A stretch of 63,940 nt of DNA, filler included, from Octopus bimaculoides (lineage: Eukaryota): NCBI RefSeq assembly GCF_001194135.2. It is 7 parts of 5 records of this genome, joined end to end, with 100 filler letters (N's around TTAATTAATTAA, not from the genome) between each part and the next. Parts side by side here need not be neighbours in the genome. Positions count along the whole stretch, not along the records: positions 20,090 to 31,645 come from NC_068984.1; positions 31,746 to 39,944 come from NC_068984.1; 5 more parts are not named here. One strand, given 5' to 3'. The position numbers and the translations under genes were made by a program. Of this stretch, positions 25,261-37,634 are shown piece by piece. Under the pieces are notes generated by a model. It searched no databases. It was not told where the DNA came from and saw only the letters and a program-made list of their open reading frames with translations. How positions within the stretch are numbered: position 1 is the stretch's first letter; each line of letters begins with the position of its first letter.

Positions 25261-26112
25261 TTGTTCAGTAATAAAACAATCCAGAAGTGGTGGTCAGGTA
25301 TCGGACTCACATACACACACGATCAGCTTAGCGATGTAGCAAGGGGGTGGAGTAATAGGGAGATGAGTGGGGTGGTCCGCCACTCTTGTGAGAGCGGCAC
25401 TTTGGTGCTTGCTGAAGAAGCCGGGTTGCGGTGGAAAACTCCAGAGTGGCCTAGGCGGCATACACTCTCGCTGTCCCAGTAATCAACCGCTTCCTTAACA
25501 TCAATTTCGCAAGAATTATACAAGACGTCATGAATGGATCGCTGATAAGGAAGAATCTGTAAATCTACTCCCGTGAAGAAACAGGTTTGTTATTATCATT
25601 CGAATGACAAAGTTAGGGAGCAGCTGGGATTTTACAAAGGAACAAATTTAAATAAAAGCGCAAACTCACATTTAACTATATAAATGCGAGTGCATGTGGT
25701 TATGTAAGCGTATTGAGCCCTAAAAGGTTCTGAAACGGTGCATCCTCGAGAAAGACAAATTTGATTTTCGAATTCCACAGACAATGTCGTTCGTAAAGAA
25801 TAAAAAAAAAATCTATAATTTTCTTCGAGAAATGACTCGACTTTTAGATCGACAACTCTCCCACTTTTTATCACCATCAAATTAATCTCGCCTTCTCTCT
25901 CTCTCTCTCTGCTTACCATACTATTTGATGCTCACTCTCTTTGTGTATGTATTAACTCTCACGTATCGCTTTCCTTTTGTTCAAACACCTCGTCTTATAA
26001 CGTTTGCTTTCATTTTATCACAGCTATCACGTACGAAAAATCTCGTTTTCTCTTTTGCCTCTCCTTTTCACTTTCTAATGTTAAACTTGTTCACTCTATC
26101 AAAGCATATACA

Positions 26113-26158
<46 letters not shown>

Positions 26159-26447
26159 CAAAAATTTAGATTCAGATGAATTAGGGGTGTGTCATTTGGG
26201 CGACAGTTATTTCAAAAAGGTATGTAAAAGATTATTGTAATAGCATGCTTTTCTGTTAGTAAATATGCTTTCTCTCTGTCTCTCTCTCGCGCGCGCACAC
26301 GCACACACACACACGGACTCGCTAGAAACACCAGCTAAACTTCCCTTAAATCACACACCTTTTCATCTGAAAATTATTTTGAAATTATAAACAGAGACAA
26401 ATTCGAAAAAAAGGTGACATTTGAGAAATTATGGTGGTGTGTGGGTG

Positions 26448-26579
26448 CACTATCGTAGCTAGAGTGTGCCGCCCGCGGCGGCCCTACCGTTTGCCGCCCC
26501 GGACCCCACAAAATCCACATATTGCCTACTCCTTTAAAAGTTCTGCCCCGGGCGGACCCCACCTCCAGCTACACTAGTG
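26448..26579. mobile_element. GC-rich MITE with ~20-bp TIRs; related decayed copy near 30625-30717
   Basis: Left CACTATCGTAGCTAGAGTG. The right end reverse complement is CACTAGTGTAGCTGGAGGTG. Confidence 0.6.
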
Positions 26580-27017
26580 TGTGGGGATGTTAATGGAAAA
26601 AATTTTTTTAATTGCTATCGTCTTAAAATTAGGTTTCATTTTCTGTTTGAAAATAAAGGAAGTGGGAATTGTAATGGTGGTCATAGATTTCTAAAGAAAA
26701 CCTTGTTTTTAACCTTCAAATCTTTTTTGTGTGTGAAGCAAAAAGAAAAAAGAAAAAAACTGGTCCAGTAGGTGGTAGGATTCATAAATTCGCAAAAAAT
26801 TTTCATCAAAAGCTTCCTGCCACCCCACCTCATCATTTGCAAGGATGTGGTGAAACAGAAATGTTGAAAATCCCTGTCAAAATGGGGAAAAACCGACTTA
26901 AGTGGGTGTGCTATTCCCAAAGTTCAAAGTATTTCTACCGTGAAAAGTTACCAGGCAACAGCAGAATACTCAGCTAGTATGTGTGTGTGTGCGCACACAC
27001 ATACATGTGCATACATA

Positions 27018-27243
27018 TTGGGTTGGTGCATAATTATTGCGGCTTTTTTCAACAAATTTTATTCAACAAAACATCTTTAAATGATTATTCCAGAGCATAT
27101 TCATCATCAACTTCAATTACTGCTTCCCATTTACTTGGCAGACAGACCATCATTAAAAGAGGGTTTTTGTTAAATATTGTTATTGTTTTTGTTGAATAAA
27201 ATATGTTGAAAAAAAAGTTGCAATAATTCTGCACCAATCTTTA
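27018..27243 (-). mobile_element. Mariner-derived MITE (internal deletion derivative)
   Basis: TA is followed by TTGGGTTGGTGCATAATTATTGCGGCTTTTTT, with a ~55-bp inverted copy at the right end. The interior encodes (minus) LPSKWEAVIEVDDEYALE*, matching a mariner transposase C-terminus. Confidence 0.85.
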
Positions 27244-27391
27244 AGTGGAACAGTAAAATTCTGCAAGAATTTTCTGAAGCTTCAAATATGACATTGTTTC
27301 CATTACCTACATTCCAACAACAGAGCTTTGTATCTTTTTTAGAAACCAGCCCATTCTTCAGAGGAAGAATTTAGATAATTATAAACAGAAG

Positions 27392-27467
<76 letters not shown>

Positions 27468-27512
27468 TATAGCAACAAGGCAGAGTGTTCTGATTTCAAA
27501 TCCTCCTCCTCC

Positions 27513-27692
27513 TCACCATCATCTTTTAACGTCCGTTTTCCATGCTGGCATGGGTTGGACGATTTGAGTGAGGACTGGCAAGCAAGGAGGCAGCACCAGG
27601 CTCTGATCTGGTCTGGCAAGGTTTCTACAGCTGGAAGCCCTTTCTAACACCAACCACCCCGAGAGTGTAGTGGGTGCTTTTTACGTGCCACC
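27513..27692 (-). mobile_element. SINE/LINE 3' fragment with RTE-type tail
   Basis: CATC...TTTAACGTCCGTTTTCCATGCTGGCATGGGTTGGACG... It matches the 3' end of the RTE at 61122-61310. Confidence 0.8.
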
Positions 27693-28587
27693 CAAGAAAA
27701 ATTTATCTTTTATTTATTTGGCCAGTAAATAAAATACAATTCTATCNNNNNNNNNNNNNNNNNNNNNNNNNNNNNNNNNNNNNNNNNNNNNNNNNNNNNN
27801 NNNNNNNNNNNNNNNNNNNNNNNNNNNNNNNNNNNNNNNNNNNNNNNNNNNNNNNNNNNNNNNNNNNNNNNNNNNNNNNNNNNNNNNNNNNNNNNNNNNN
27901 NNNNNNNNNNNNNNNNNNNNNNNNNNNNNNNNNNNNNNNNNNNNNNNNNNNNNNNNNNNNNNNNNNNNNNNNNNNNNNNNNNNNNNNNNNNNNNNNNNNN
28001 NNNNNNNNNNNNNNNNNNNNNNNNNNNNNNNNNNNNNNNNNNNNNNNNNNNNNNNNNNNNNNNNNNNNNNNNNNNNNNNNNNNNNNNNNNNNNNNNNNNN
28101 NNNNNNNNNNNNNNNNNNNNNNNNNNNNNNNNNNNNNNNNNNNNNNNNNNNNNNNNNNNNNNNNNNNNNNNNNNNNNNNNNNNNNNNNNNNNNNNNNNNN
28201 NNNNNNNNNNNNNNNNNNNNNNNTATATACTTTCTACTGAAATTTACACACATACATACAATATAATACACTTAGCTGCACACACATACACATTTAAATA
28301 TATACATTTAAATGCATAAATATAAATATAATTAAATAAATAAATATATACACATTAAATATATAAATATAAATAAATAATATATAAATTCAAATGCATA
28401 AATATAAATATATACACATTTAAATATATACACATTTAAATATATACATATTATTCTATGCACACATTATACATTTTCATCCATGCATCTGTAATATTCA
28501 TGTAAATACATGCATATTCAAACACATGCAATGTTCTATCCTTAGGCACACATACGTAAATACAGAATAAACTTAGATGCACACACA

Positions 28588-28935
28588 TCATCATCATCAT
28601 CATTTAATGTTTGTTGTCCATGCTGACATGGGTTGGACGGCTTGACTGAGCTGGCATGCTTGGAAGGCTGCACCAGACTCCAGTCTGATTTGGCATGTGT
28701 TTCTACAGCTGGATGCCCTTCCTAATGCCAACCACTCCGAGAGAGTAATGGGTGCCTTTACATGTCACCGGTACAGGTGCCATTTGCATGAAACTGGGGT
28801 GTGCTTACGTGCAACTGGCACGGGTTCCATTTGCATGACACCAGGGTGCATGTACATGCCACTAGCATGGGGTGCCAATATGCACGACACTGGTATCTGT
28901 CATGGCTGTGATTTTGCTTGGCTTGAAGGGTCTTC
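28588..28935 (-). mobile_element. RTE-tail element, CpG-decayed
   Basis: (CAT)n tail followed by TTTAATGTTTGTTGTCCATGCTGACATGGGTTGGACGG ... GGATGCCCTTCCTAATGCCAACCACTCC. Confidence 0.8.
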
Positions 28936-29293
28936 TAACAATATTTTTAATAAAGACAACAACAATACTTATTAATTGCAGTAATAACAGGTGAATATAA
29001 ACTAAGGTGTTGCATGTCTTGTGGTGCCAGAACTACAGGTGTGATCTCTACAAAAAAGCGGAAAATTACGAGAAAAACAAAAAATACAGAATCTGAAATT
29101 ATAAAATATAATTAAATGCACACACATACATACACATGTTCTTAAATGTACACACAGTCACATTATGTACTTAGATGTAGACACATACATATTTAAATAC
29201 ATTCACAATTTACTTAAATACAAACACACACATATACACATACAAGAAACTATACACAAACGCATTAATGGTATGAAAAGAAAATGTACTTAC

Positions 29294-29349
29294 GTCTGGA
29301 AAAGACGACAACTCCATTGGTCAGTGCTTCCAAGTGTTGCAACTTTTAA
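29294..29349 (-). CDS. Candidate 56-nt exon (LKVATLGSTDQWSCRLFQ, or 5'UTR plus MELSSFPD)
   Basis: Acceptor TATTGTCTTTTCAG and donor GAC|GTAAGT are both near-consensus. It lies in unique sequence within the CpG-depleted domain. Confidence 0.5.
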
Positions 29350-29384
29350 CTGAAAAGACAATAGCGACAATGGTGATAATCGTT

Positions 29385-29770
29385 TCTATTTTAGGAAAAA
29401 GGCCAGAAATTTCCAGAGAGGAAGCTAGTTGATTACTTTAACCCCAAGGCAAAGTCAACCTTGGTGGAATTTGAACTCAGAATGTAAAGACAGATGGAAT
29501 GTTGCTTAGCATTTGTCCAGCATGCTAACGGTTCTGCCAGTTCACTGTCTTGATAATAATAATCTTTTCTACTTTAGGCACAAGGCCTGAAATTTTGGGG
29601 GATGGAGGCCAGTCATTAGATTGACACCAGTGCATAACTGGTACTTAATTTATCAACCCTGAAAGGCAAAGTCGACCTCGGCAGAATTTGAACTCAGAAC
29701 GTAAAGACAGACAAAATACCGCTAAGCATTTCGCCCGGCATGCCAAGGTTTCTGTCAGCTCACCACATTT
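29385..29770 (-). mobile_element. Two head-to-tail family A SINEs, partly CpG-decayed
   Basis: GGCAAAGTC(A/G)ACCT(T/C)GG...GAATTTGAACTCAGAA occurs twice, separated by a GATAATAATAATC tail. Confidence 0.85.
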
Positions 29771-30324
29771 AATGATGATAATAATAAAAAAAAAAGTGCG
29801 CTTGCTAATCTTGGCCTCCGGAGGATGCCTGCTATTAAGGTAGCTGAAATAAAGTTATAATGAAAGGAAACCATAAATGATGATGATGATGATGGTAGTA
29901 AATGGTCAACCTCAGTATTTTACTGGTACCCATTAAGACAGATAAAGTTTGGCTTGGAATGATGAAAAACAAAACTAGTAACACAGGGTGTAAAAAGATG
30001 GAACTAAATATTATCCAAAGCAATAGCTTCACGACTCCAATGATTCAGTCATAGTTACCCCACTCTTCAATGGGACAACATTGATCAATGGGTCTTGTTA
30101 GGGGTGGGTGGGCTGCAACGGTGGAGCAAGGGGAGGGGTAGTGGTGGGGGACAGTCCACCTCAAGTGATGCTTTTATAGGTGTTGCACAATAGGGTGTGC
30201 TAAGTCTGTATAGTGTTGAGGGTCTAGGGTCCCTCATTTATGGGTTTGCTACATAAACCTATACTGGGTGCATTGAAATGAAAGTGTGGCATATATTAGG
30301 GACCATGTAAAATACACCATTTTG

Positions 30325-30618
30325 AATGTGGCCGTTGCCAGTTCCGCCTGACTGGCCCTCGTGCCGGTGGCACGTAAAAGCACCCACTACACTCTCGGGG
30401 TGGTTGGCATTAGGAAGGGCATCCAACTGTAGANNNNNNNNNNAGCACCCACTACACTCTCGGGGTGGTTGGCATTAGGAAGGGCATCCAACTGTAGAAA
30501 CTCTGCCAGATCAGACTGGAGCCTGGTGTAGCCATCTGGTTCGCCAGTCTCCAGTCAAATCGTTCAACCCATGCTAGCATGGAAAGCGGACGCTAAACGA
30601 TGATGATGATGATGATGA
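30325..30618 (+). mobile_element. RTE-tail SINE with (GAT)n tail
   Basis: GTGCCGGTGGCACGTAAAAGCACCCACTACACTCTCG ... CCCATGCTAGCATGGAAAGCGGACGCTAAACGATGATGATG. The gap-flanking 50-bp duplication is an assembly overlap. Confidence 0.85.
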
Positions 30619-31394
30619 TATGAATAGCTGCTGAGGGTAGTCAGTGAACACTCAGGGTGGGCAGGTAAAGTTCAGGGCTGCTGCCCTCGGTGGCACACTT
30701 TCCAGCTACACCACTGATGGGATAAAAGGAATAAAAACAGGGAAAATAGAAGACAGACTGTTTAACAAAACAAAGATGGTTTTGAAACATTAAAAAAATT
30801 TCCCCCAACACCATGGTAGTGAAAAAGGAAGAGTTTTATGGATGTAAATTGTATTTTGTATCCTCATTAAGGACAACTAATATGCTTGTGGGGTTGGTGG
30901 TAGAGGTGAGTGGTTGTCAGCGTGAGAACCATTCACATAGATAATGTTGATTATGATGATCATGAAAATTGGTGATATTTCTGATGCTAATGATGATAGT
31001 GATGATCAGTGAGGAGTAGGGCTAGGGTCAACTGACATGGCCCCTAGTATATTACTGGTGAGAGATAATGTGCTGTTGGACACTCTACAGTGTGTATCTC
31101 ATCTTCAGCACTATTTATTTGTAAATAAGAGCCATGAGGCGGTACTGTTTACTACTGTACCTAGTCCACATTGCAGTAAAATCTTAGAATAGTAAAGTAA
31201 AGCTTCACTGCTGTAAACAGTAGGAGCACTGTATATTGAGGGAGTGTTTTTACAAGTTTCTAGTGCTGGGTGTAGGCTATAGTTATTGAGACAGCAAAAG
31301 AAAATCATTGATAAATTTTCCTGTAAATATTTACAGAAAACAGTGAAGTCTTCAGTTATGTTCCAACATGTTATTAATTGGTTCTACTTCTTCA

Positions 31395-31560
31395 TCGTCA
31401 TCATTTAATGTCTGCCTTCCATGCTAGCATGGGTTAAACAGTCCAACAGGAGCTGGCAAGCCAGACGACAACACTGAGCTCCACTCCAATGTCTGTTTTG
31501 ACAGGGTTTCTATGGATGGATATCCCTCCTAATGCCAAGCACTTTACAGAGAGCACTGTG
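31395..31560 (-). mobile_element. RTE-tail element, decayed
   Basis: CATCATTTAATGTCTGCCTTCCATGCTAGCATGGGTTAAACAG... Confidence 0.7.
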
Positions 31561-31568
31561 TATGTATG

Positions 31569-31608
<40 letters not shown>

Positions 31609-32139
31609 CAAAGAGAGAGGAGAGAGGTATGTATGTATGTATGTANNNNNNNNNNNNNNNNNNNNNNNNNNNNNNNNNNNNNNNNNNNNTTAATTAATTA
31701 ANNNNNNNNNNNNNNNNNNNNNNNNNNNNNNNNNNNNNNNNNNNNTATATGCATGCATGTATTTATATATATATATATGTATATATGTACATATGTGTAT
31801 GTCTAGATAGAATAGAGACAGCTGATGAAGGGATATTCCAAGTGGCTTTCCGTTTTCCTATATGTTCATTCCGTTGTCTGTAGTTTATTGTTCTAACGTC
31901 CTGTACCCTGATATGCATGTATATACACATGTAGATGTAAGTATGTACATATATGTGTGTATACATGTATATATATTCTTTGTATTATTTATATATATAT
32001 ATATATATATATATGCATATATGTATATATATATATATGTATATATGTATATATGTTTATATATATATATATATGTATACATCTATATATGTGTATATGT
32101 ATATATGTATATGTATATATATATATATTTGTGTGTGTG

Positions 32140-32340
32140 TTTCTCTGTTTGTCCCCCCATCATTGCCTGACAACCAATGTTGGTGTGTTTACATCCCCAT
32201 AACTTAGTGGTTTGCCAAACAGAATAAGTACTAGGCTCACAAAGAATAAGTCCTGGGTAATATTTCTTTGACTAAAATGCAGTGCTCTAGCATGGCCGCA
32301 GTCAAACGACTGCAACAAGTAAATGAAATAAATAAATGAA
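32140..32340 (+). mobile_element. Family D SINE 3' half, CpG-decayed
   Basis: GTTTGTCCCCCATCATTGCCTGACAACC ... CATGGCCGCAGTCAAACGACTGCAACAAGTAAA. Confidence 0.8.
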
Positions 32341-33854
32341 AGTATATACGCACATACACAGGGCCAGCTCAAGGTACTGGCATCTCCGGCAGTAAACTGG
32401 CGTGCCATGTGCTAAGGGGTACGACGATGACAAGGAAATGTCTATGACCATCAACTTGTACATGTCAAAGTTCAGCTTGCCTGGTGTGCCAGCAACCCTA
32501 GTGCTGTCCCTGCACACACACACACATACATGTATATATATATTTACACACACATCATTTATATGTATACTGTGAATAGCCACCCAGCTTATTTTTGTTT
32601 CTTCTCTGCTCTACCTTAATCACTTCACACCTTCTCCTAAAAAATAAGTAGCCATGTGGCTCCTTTACACTAAGAAGCCAGCTCTGCTCTAGGGCTTCAC
32701 TCATACTTTAATGTCTCATCTCTGAGCGTAAAGTCACCTCCCTTAGGGTTCATAATCTTGTGAAGCTGCATGGTTACCTTACTAGTGCTGGTGGCATAAA
32801 AAAAAGCACCCAGACAAAATGTGAAGTGGTTGGTATAATGAAGGGGAGTCTGCTATAGAAAGCATGACAGGGACATTATGCAGTCCTTCGATCCGATCAA
32901 GCTGTCCGATCCAGACCAGCTTGGAAGAAGGACATTAAATGACAATGATGACAATGATGAGGATGATGTTTGAGCTTCATATTTATACAAAGAGAAATCT
33001 AGTTTAGATTGACAGAGGTTATTTATGAATAAGATTTTTTGATCATACATAAGCCCTGTTTAGTTATCTATCAAGTAAAAAAAAAACAATTAAATAAAGC
33101 AAATAAAAGAGAATTTAAAATATTAATGATACTGAGAAAGATTGGAAGAAATAGGTAACTCTTTGCACCTAAACTGACGGCAAATAGCTTTGCTTCAGAA
33201 AGTTCCAATTATAAAATCCATCAATGTTATCATTGATTTTCTGATGATATTGATCAGACAGTCTTTGTTTTATAGTGAAAGTTTAGTGGAAATTTGGTTG
33301 GCTCCTGACAAATAATATCCTCTGTTTCTTCACTCAATCATAAAACTGACCACAACTCCAGCCATACTCACTAGCCAACACAACACATCATAGCTATTTT
33401 CATGAAAAACCTAATTGCTCTTCTAATTGACTTGTGTCTCTAAAGTGACAGGATAACAAGCTCACTGATTCGTGACATATCACTGAATAATTGTCTAAAA
33501 CTATGATGTATCAGACTTAAGAATCAGGCATTCGCCTCACAAGAGTGAAGGATAGAGACTTGATGTGAGAATTAACGGTAGAGATTTAAGCAAAGCTCAT
33601 TTGAATATTTGAATACATTAATTCGATTGGGATTTCCATTTAGATTCTTCTCTGCTTTTTCATTATATTTCAGCCCAACAGATTCAACAAACAACTTTAC
33701 TTTTACTTATTTATATTTTAATACTGTTTTTTTTTTGTTATATTTTTATTTACATAATTGGGTGATGTTGCCTGGTTCATCAATCAAACTCCTCTTCTGT
33801 CATTGAATCATGTCTCTGGGCCACTATTTTATCATACATTTATACAAATGCCAG

Positions 33855-34060
33855 TGCCCCGTGACTGGCTCTCATGCCAGTGGCACGTAAAAGCACCCAC
33901 TACACACTCAGTGTGGTTAGCCTTTGGAAGGGCATCTAGCTGTAGGAACCTTACCAGATCAAATTGGAGCCTGTGTAGCCTATTGTCTTGCCAGTCCTCA
34001 GTCAAACCATTCAACCCATGCCAGCATGGAAAGGAGACATTAAACAACGATGATGATGAT
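33855..34060 (+). mobile_element. RTE-tail SINE
   Basis: CAGTGGCACGTAAAAGCACCCACTACAC ... CCCATGCCAGCATGGAAAGGAGACATTAAACAACGATGATGATG. Confidence 0.8.
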
Positions 34061-34261
34061 ATCTTTTATCTTTTACTTGATTTAGTCATTGGACAACAGC
34101 CATGTTAGGGCACTGCCTTGACACAAGTACTTACACTTTTTTATAAAGCTGGTACTAATTTTTTCAGTCTCTTTTGATGAACTGCTTGGTTATGAGGACA
34201 AACTGATTATTCTAATAAATCAGACAACCCCTTGACAAATACTCTCTGTCAGGCACTCACT

Positions 34262-34572
34262 CAGTTATGATGATGAGTGCTCCAGTTGATCTGATCAATG
34301 GAACAGCTTGCTCATGAAACTAACATGCAAGTGGCTGAGCACTCCACAGGCAAGCAAAACCTTAATGTAGTTCTCAGAGAGATTCAGTGTGACACAGAAT
34401 GTGTCAAAGCTGGCCCTTTGAAATATAGGTGCTACTCATTTTTACCAGCTGAGTGGACTGGAGCAATATGAACAAAGTTTCTTGTTCAAGGACACACTGA
34501 AGCACTGAGTATCAAACTCATGAAATTATGATTGTGAGCCAAATACCCTAAACACTAAGCCACATGCCTTCA
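34262..34572 (-). mobile_element. tRNA-derived CORE-type SINE, strongly CpG-decayed
   Basis: The minus strand has head GGCATGTGGCTTAGTGTTTAGG, CORE-like GTGTCCTTGAACAAGAAACTT...GCTCCAGTCCACTCAGCTGG, and a tail shared with 7533-7690. Confidence 0.75.
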
Positions 34573-35867
34573 TGCTTGTTGACTTAAAGCCAGGAAGTAA
34601 ACCTATAGAACCAGCTAGAAATAGTGGCTAAATATCCCTTCAATCACACCATATGATCTTTAAAATGAAGACCTTACTGTATAATGCAGTCTGAAGAAAA
34701 TGAGATGGTCATGGCTGGATTTCATTTCATCAAATATCTGGGTCCTAACAATAACCTTAAAATGGGAACTAACTATGTTAATCCAGTTTTTAATCAGAAG
34801 AAAGCATGTCAAATATCCACCATAAATTCAGAATGTTTCCAACTACCATGTTAATAATACAATAATGTTAATTCTAAGTGAAATCATTTATGTCTTGGTT
34901 AAGCTCTGATTATTGGACATTAAGAATCTGAAAGTTAAGTCTCTATGTAGATAAGATGGTACTTTATCTTATGTAACATGTAACATTGTCAAAACATCTA
35001 GCACTTCTGACAGTCACTTTGGTATAGCACTTTAAATACAAAAGACCTGTAATAGATTTCAACATATGTCTAATCAGCAGGAAGCGTATCACATTTCCAC
35101 TAAGTTATTTTGCTTATTTTTATATCTAGGATTCCTCCTCAGCATTTAAATGGTTCACTCTCTGCTATATACCTTGATTAAGCAAAGATAAACAGGGCTT
35201 CTTAATTTAGCAATCTTGTTTTATGACAAATGGTACTGTTATATGTGTTCCTGTAATTGAAAGAGATGAAATGATGCAGATACTAAAATTGTTTCCTTAT
35301 GCATGAATGTATTTTTCAATTTCTCTCAATTGGTTAATTAATTTGCTAAACCATTTCAGATTCTTCATTTTATAGATAGAAACTTATTGCAGCTGGTTAA
35401 TACTTAGATGGGGGCTCTGAAAGACATGCATCTCATTAGTAGCCAATCTCACTCTAGACAGATGCTATGAACAGTAGCTGCTTGGGAATTAGGATTTCTT
35501 AAATAAGACATTTATCTCATTAGCAGAGAATCTCAGCATTGCGTAGCTGTGATACTTCCAGAGATAATTAGCCATATTACAGTTCCAAAATCGGCTGATT
35601 GATGGTAAAAATTATAGACAAAGTAGTAATCTCAAGTGGGGGGGAAAATAATAGACCAAACAAATATACTAACAGGAATAGCAAATTTGATCAGAATGAT
35701 TCTGATTTTCCTTTCTTTGCTCTGCATATGAAAACAATCACTGAAATTTTTTTTTTTTTTTCTTGGAGAGAAACCAAAATAATTTCTTGACTTTCATACA
35801 GAAGAAAACAAGATATACAGCATACTTCATAAACAAGAAAAAGATGCCATGTTCTCATTAACTATCA

Positions 35868-36090
35868 GTATTAACTTTTTTGATACCAACCCACCTGAGA
35901 CAACCCCTAGTTCTACAGTACAAACTTCCTATTCTAAAGTGATCTAAATCAAAACCTTCCACCAAAATTTCATGAATATTTGTTCTAAACACCAGTTTAA
36001 TAATGATAAAGTTATTTTACTGGATTTTTCATTATTTCCAAGATTGATTGAAACAAAAGTGCTGTATTTCCACAGAAATATGGTAACAAA
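35868..36090. mobile_element. Decayed MITE with TTAA-type ends
   Basis: Left TTAACTTTTTTGATACCAAC and right AATATGGTAACAAAAG form an imperfect inverted repeat. Confidence 0.45.
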
Positions 36091-36803
36091 AGAAAAATTC
36101 CAGTAGGGAATCAGTTGAATCCACCTAGCAGATTACTGACATATTTCCTTTACCCTAAAGGCATGAAAGGTGAAGTTGACCAATGTGGAATTCTAACACA
36201 AAAAACATTATGTGATGGGAGGCATTTAGCCAAGTAATTTATCATTTCAGCTCATGTACTGACATCAATATTGCCATATTGGACTGAGATAACAGAGTTA
36301 ATTAAAATAATAAATCAGAAATCGCTGAACATAAAACATATGACAAAAAGAAACAAAACACTACTATAAAGAAACAAAACACTAATATAGTACAAAGTTT
36401 CTGTAATTAATAAAAAGTGAAGGGTAAAGTTTTTAAAAAAATCAAAGAAGCAGTACATATAAGGCTTGTTGGTAATCCAATTAGAACACCAATTGTTAAC
36501 ATTAACTCTGTCTAGGTGATATTACTTCAGCAATGATGATATGGGAGCATCAGCACATGGTCTAGTGTGTAAGAACATTATTAGCTTTAGTTTCAAATTA
36601 AAGGTTCTTAATTCAAATCCAGTCTTGTATGAGGTACACAAAATACAAGAATAAGACACCTGATAATCAAAATGCTCAAAACACTGTGTAGATGTTACTA
36701 TTCAAAATTCTTTTATCTCCAAATATAAAATGCTCTTTAGTCTGAAATAAAGAATTTTACTAACACCATCACATCTCTGACATTTAGATATTTTACAATA
36801 AAA

Positions 36804-37028
36804 TTAACCCTTTAGTATTTAGACTGCCCGTATCAGGCTCAAATATTCTGTTTTATGCTTAAACTGACCAAATCCAGCTTCTCACACCTACCATATAATG
36901 CCAGTCTAAAATAAATTGATTACATCATCAACATCTCAAAGCTTCAAAATAATACATGATTAATTCAAAAACAATGTAAATTAACAATCATCATATTCAA
37001 CAAAATAATTTGAATGCTAAATGGTTAA
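36804..37028. mobile_element. TTAA-flanked MITE (piggyBac-like)
   Basis: TTAA-CCCTTTAGTATT ... AATGCTAAATGG-TTAA: TIRs with a TTAA target duplication. Confidence 0.75.
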
Positions 37029-37409
37029 TTCTGAAAGGAGTCACAATCCTAATTTTCAGTTTTGTTCTCAAAGAGACTTATAAGATGAAAGAGATTCTAG
37101 AATACCTAATTACTGGTATTGGCATATAAGTTCTGATCCTACTAATATGCAAACAACTTAATTATAAGATATAAAATATAATCATACATTCTACTAGTTA
37201 ACAAGTGGTAAACCATCCATTTCCCATCAATGAGTTGATTATTTGCATTGATTTCAAAATTAGTGATTACAGATACAAAACACTTTAGTAATGTTAAATC
37301 CATGAGAGATCATTTATAATTTATCAATAGTTTTAGGTTAAGTTAAATACTCTTCCAAAACCAAATTTAATGACATTTTGAAATGTTAGTCAAATATACA
37401 TACATACAT

Positions 37410-37472
<63 letters not shown>

Positions 37473-37572
37473 NNNNNNNNNNNNNNNNNNNNNNNNNNNN
37501 NNNNNNNNNNNNNNNNNNNNNNNNNNNNNNNNNNNNNNNNNNNNNNNNNNNNNNNNNNNNNNNNNNNNNNNN

Positions 37573-37634
<62 letters not shown>

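Noticed and set aside
30101-30150. G-quadruplex-forming G-runs
   Set aside because: Part of a GC-rich repeat fragment; no evidence of function.
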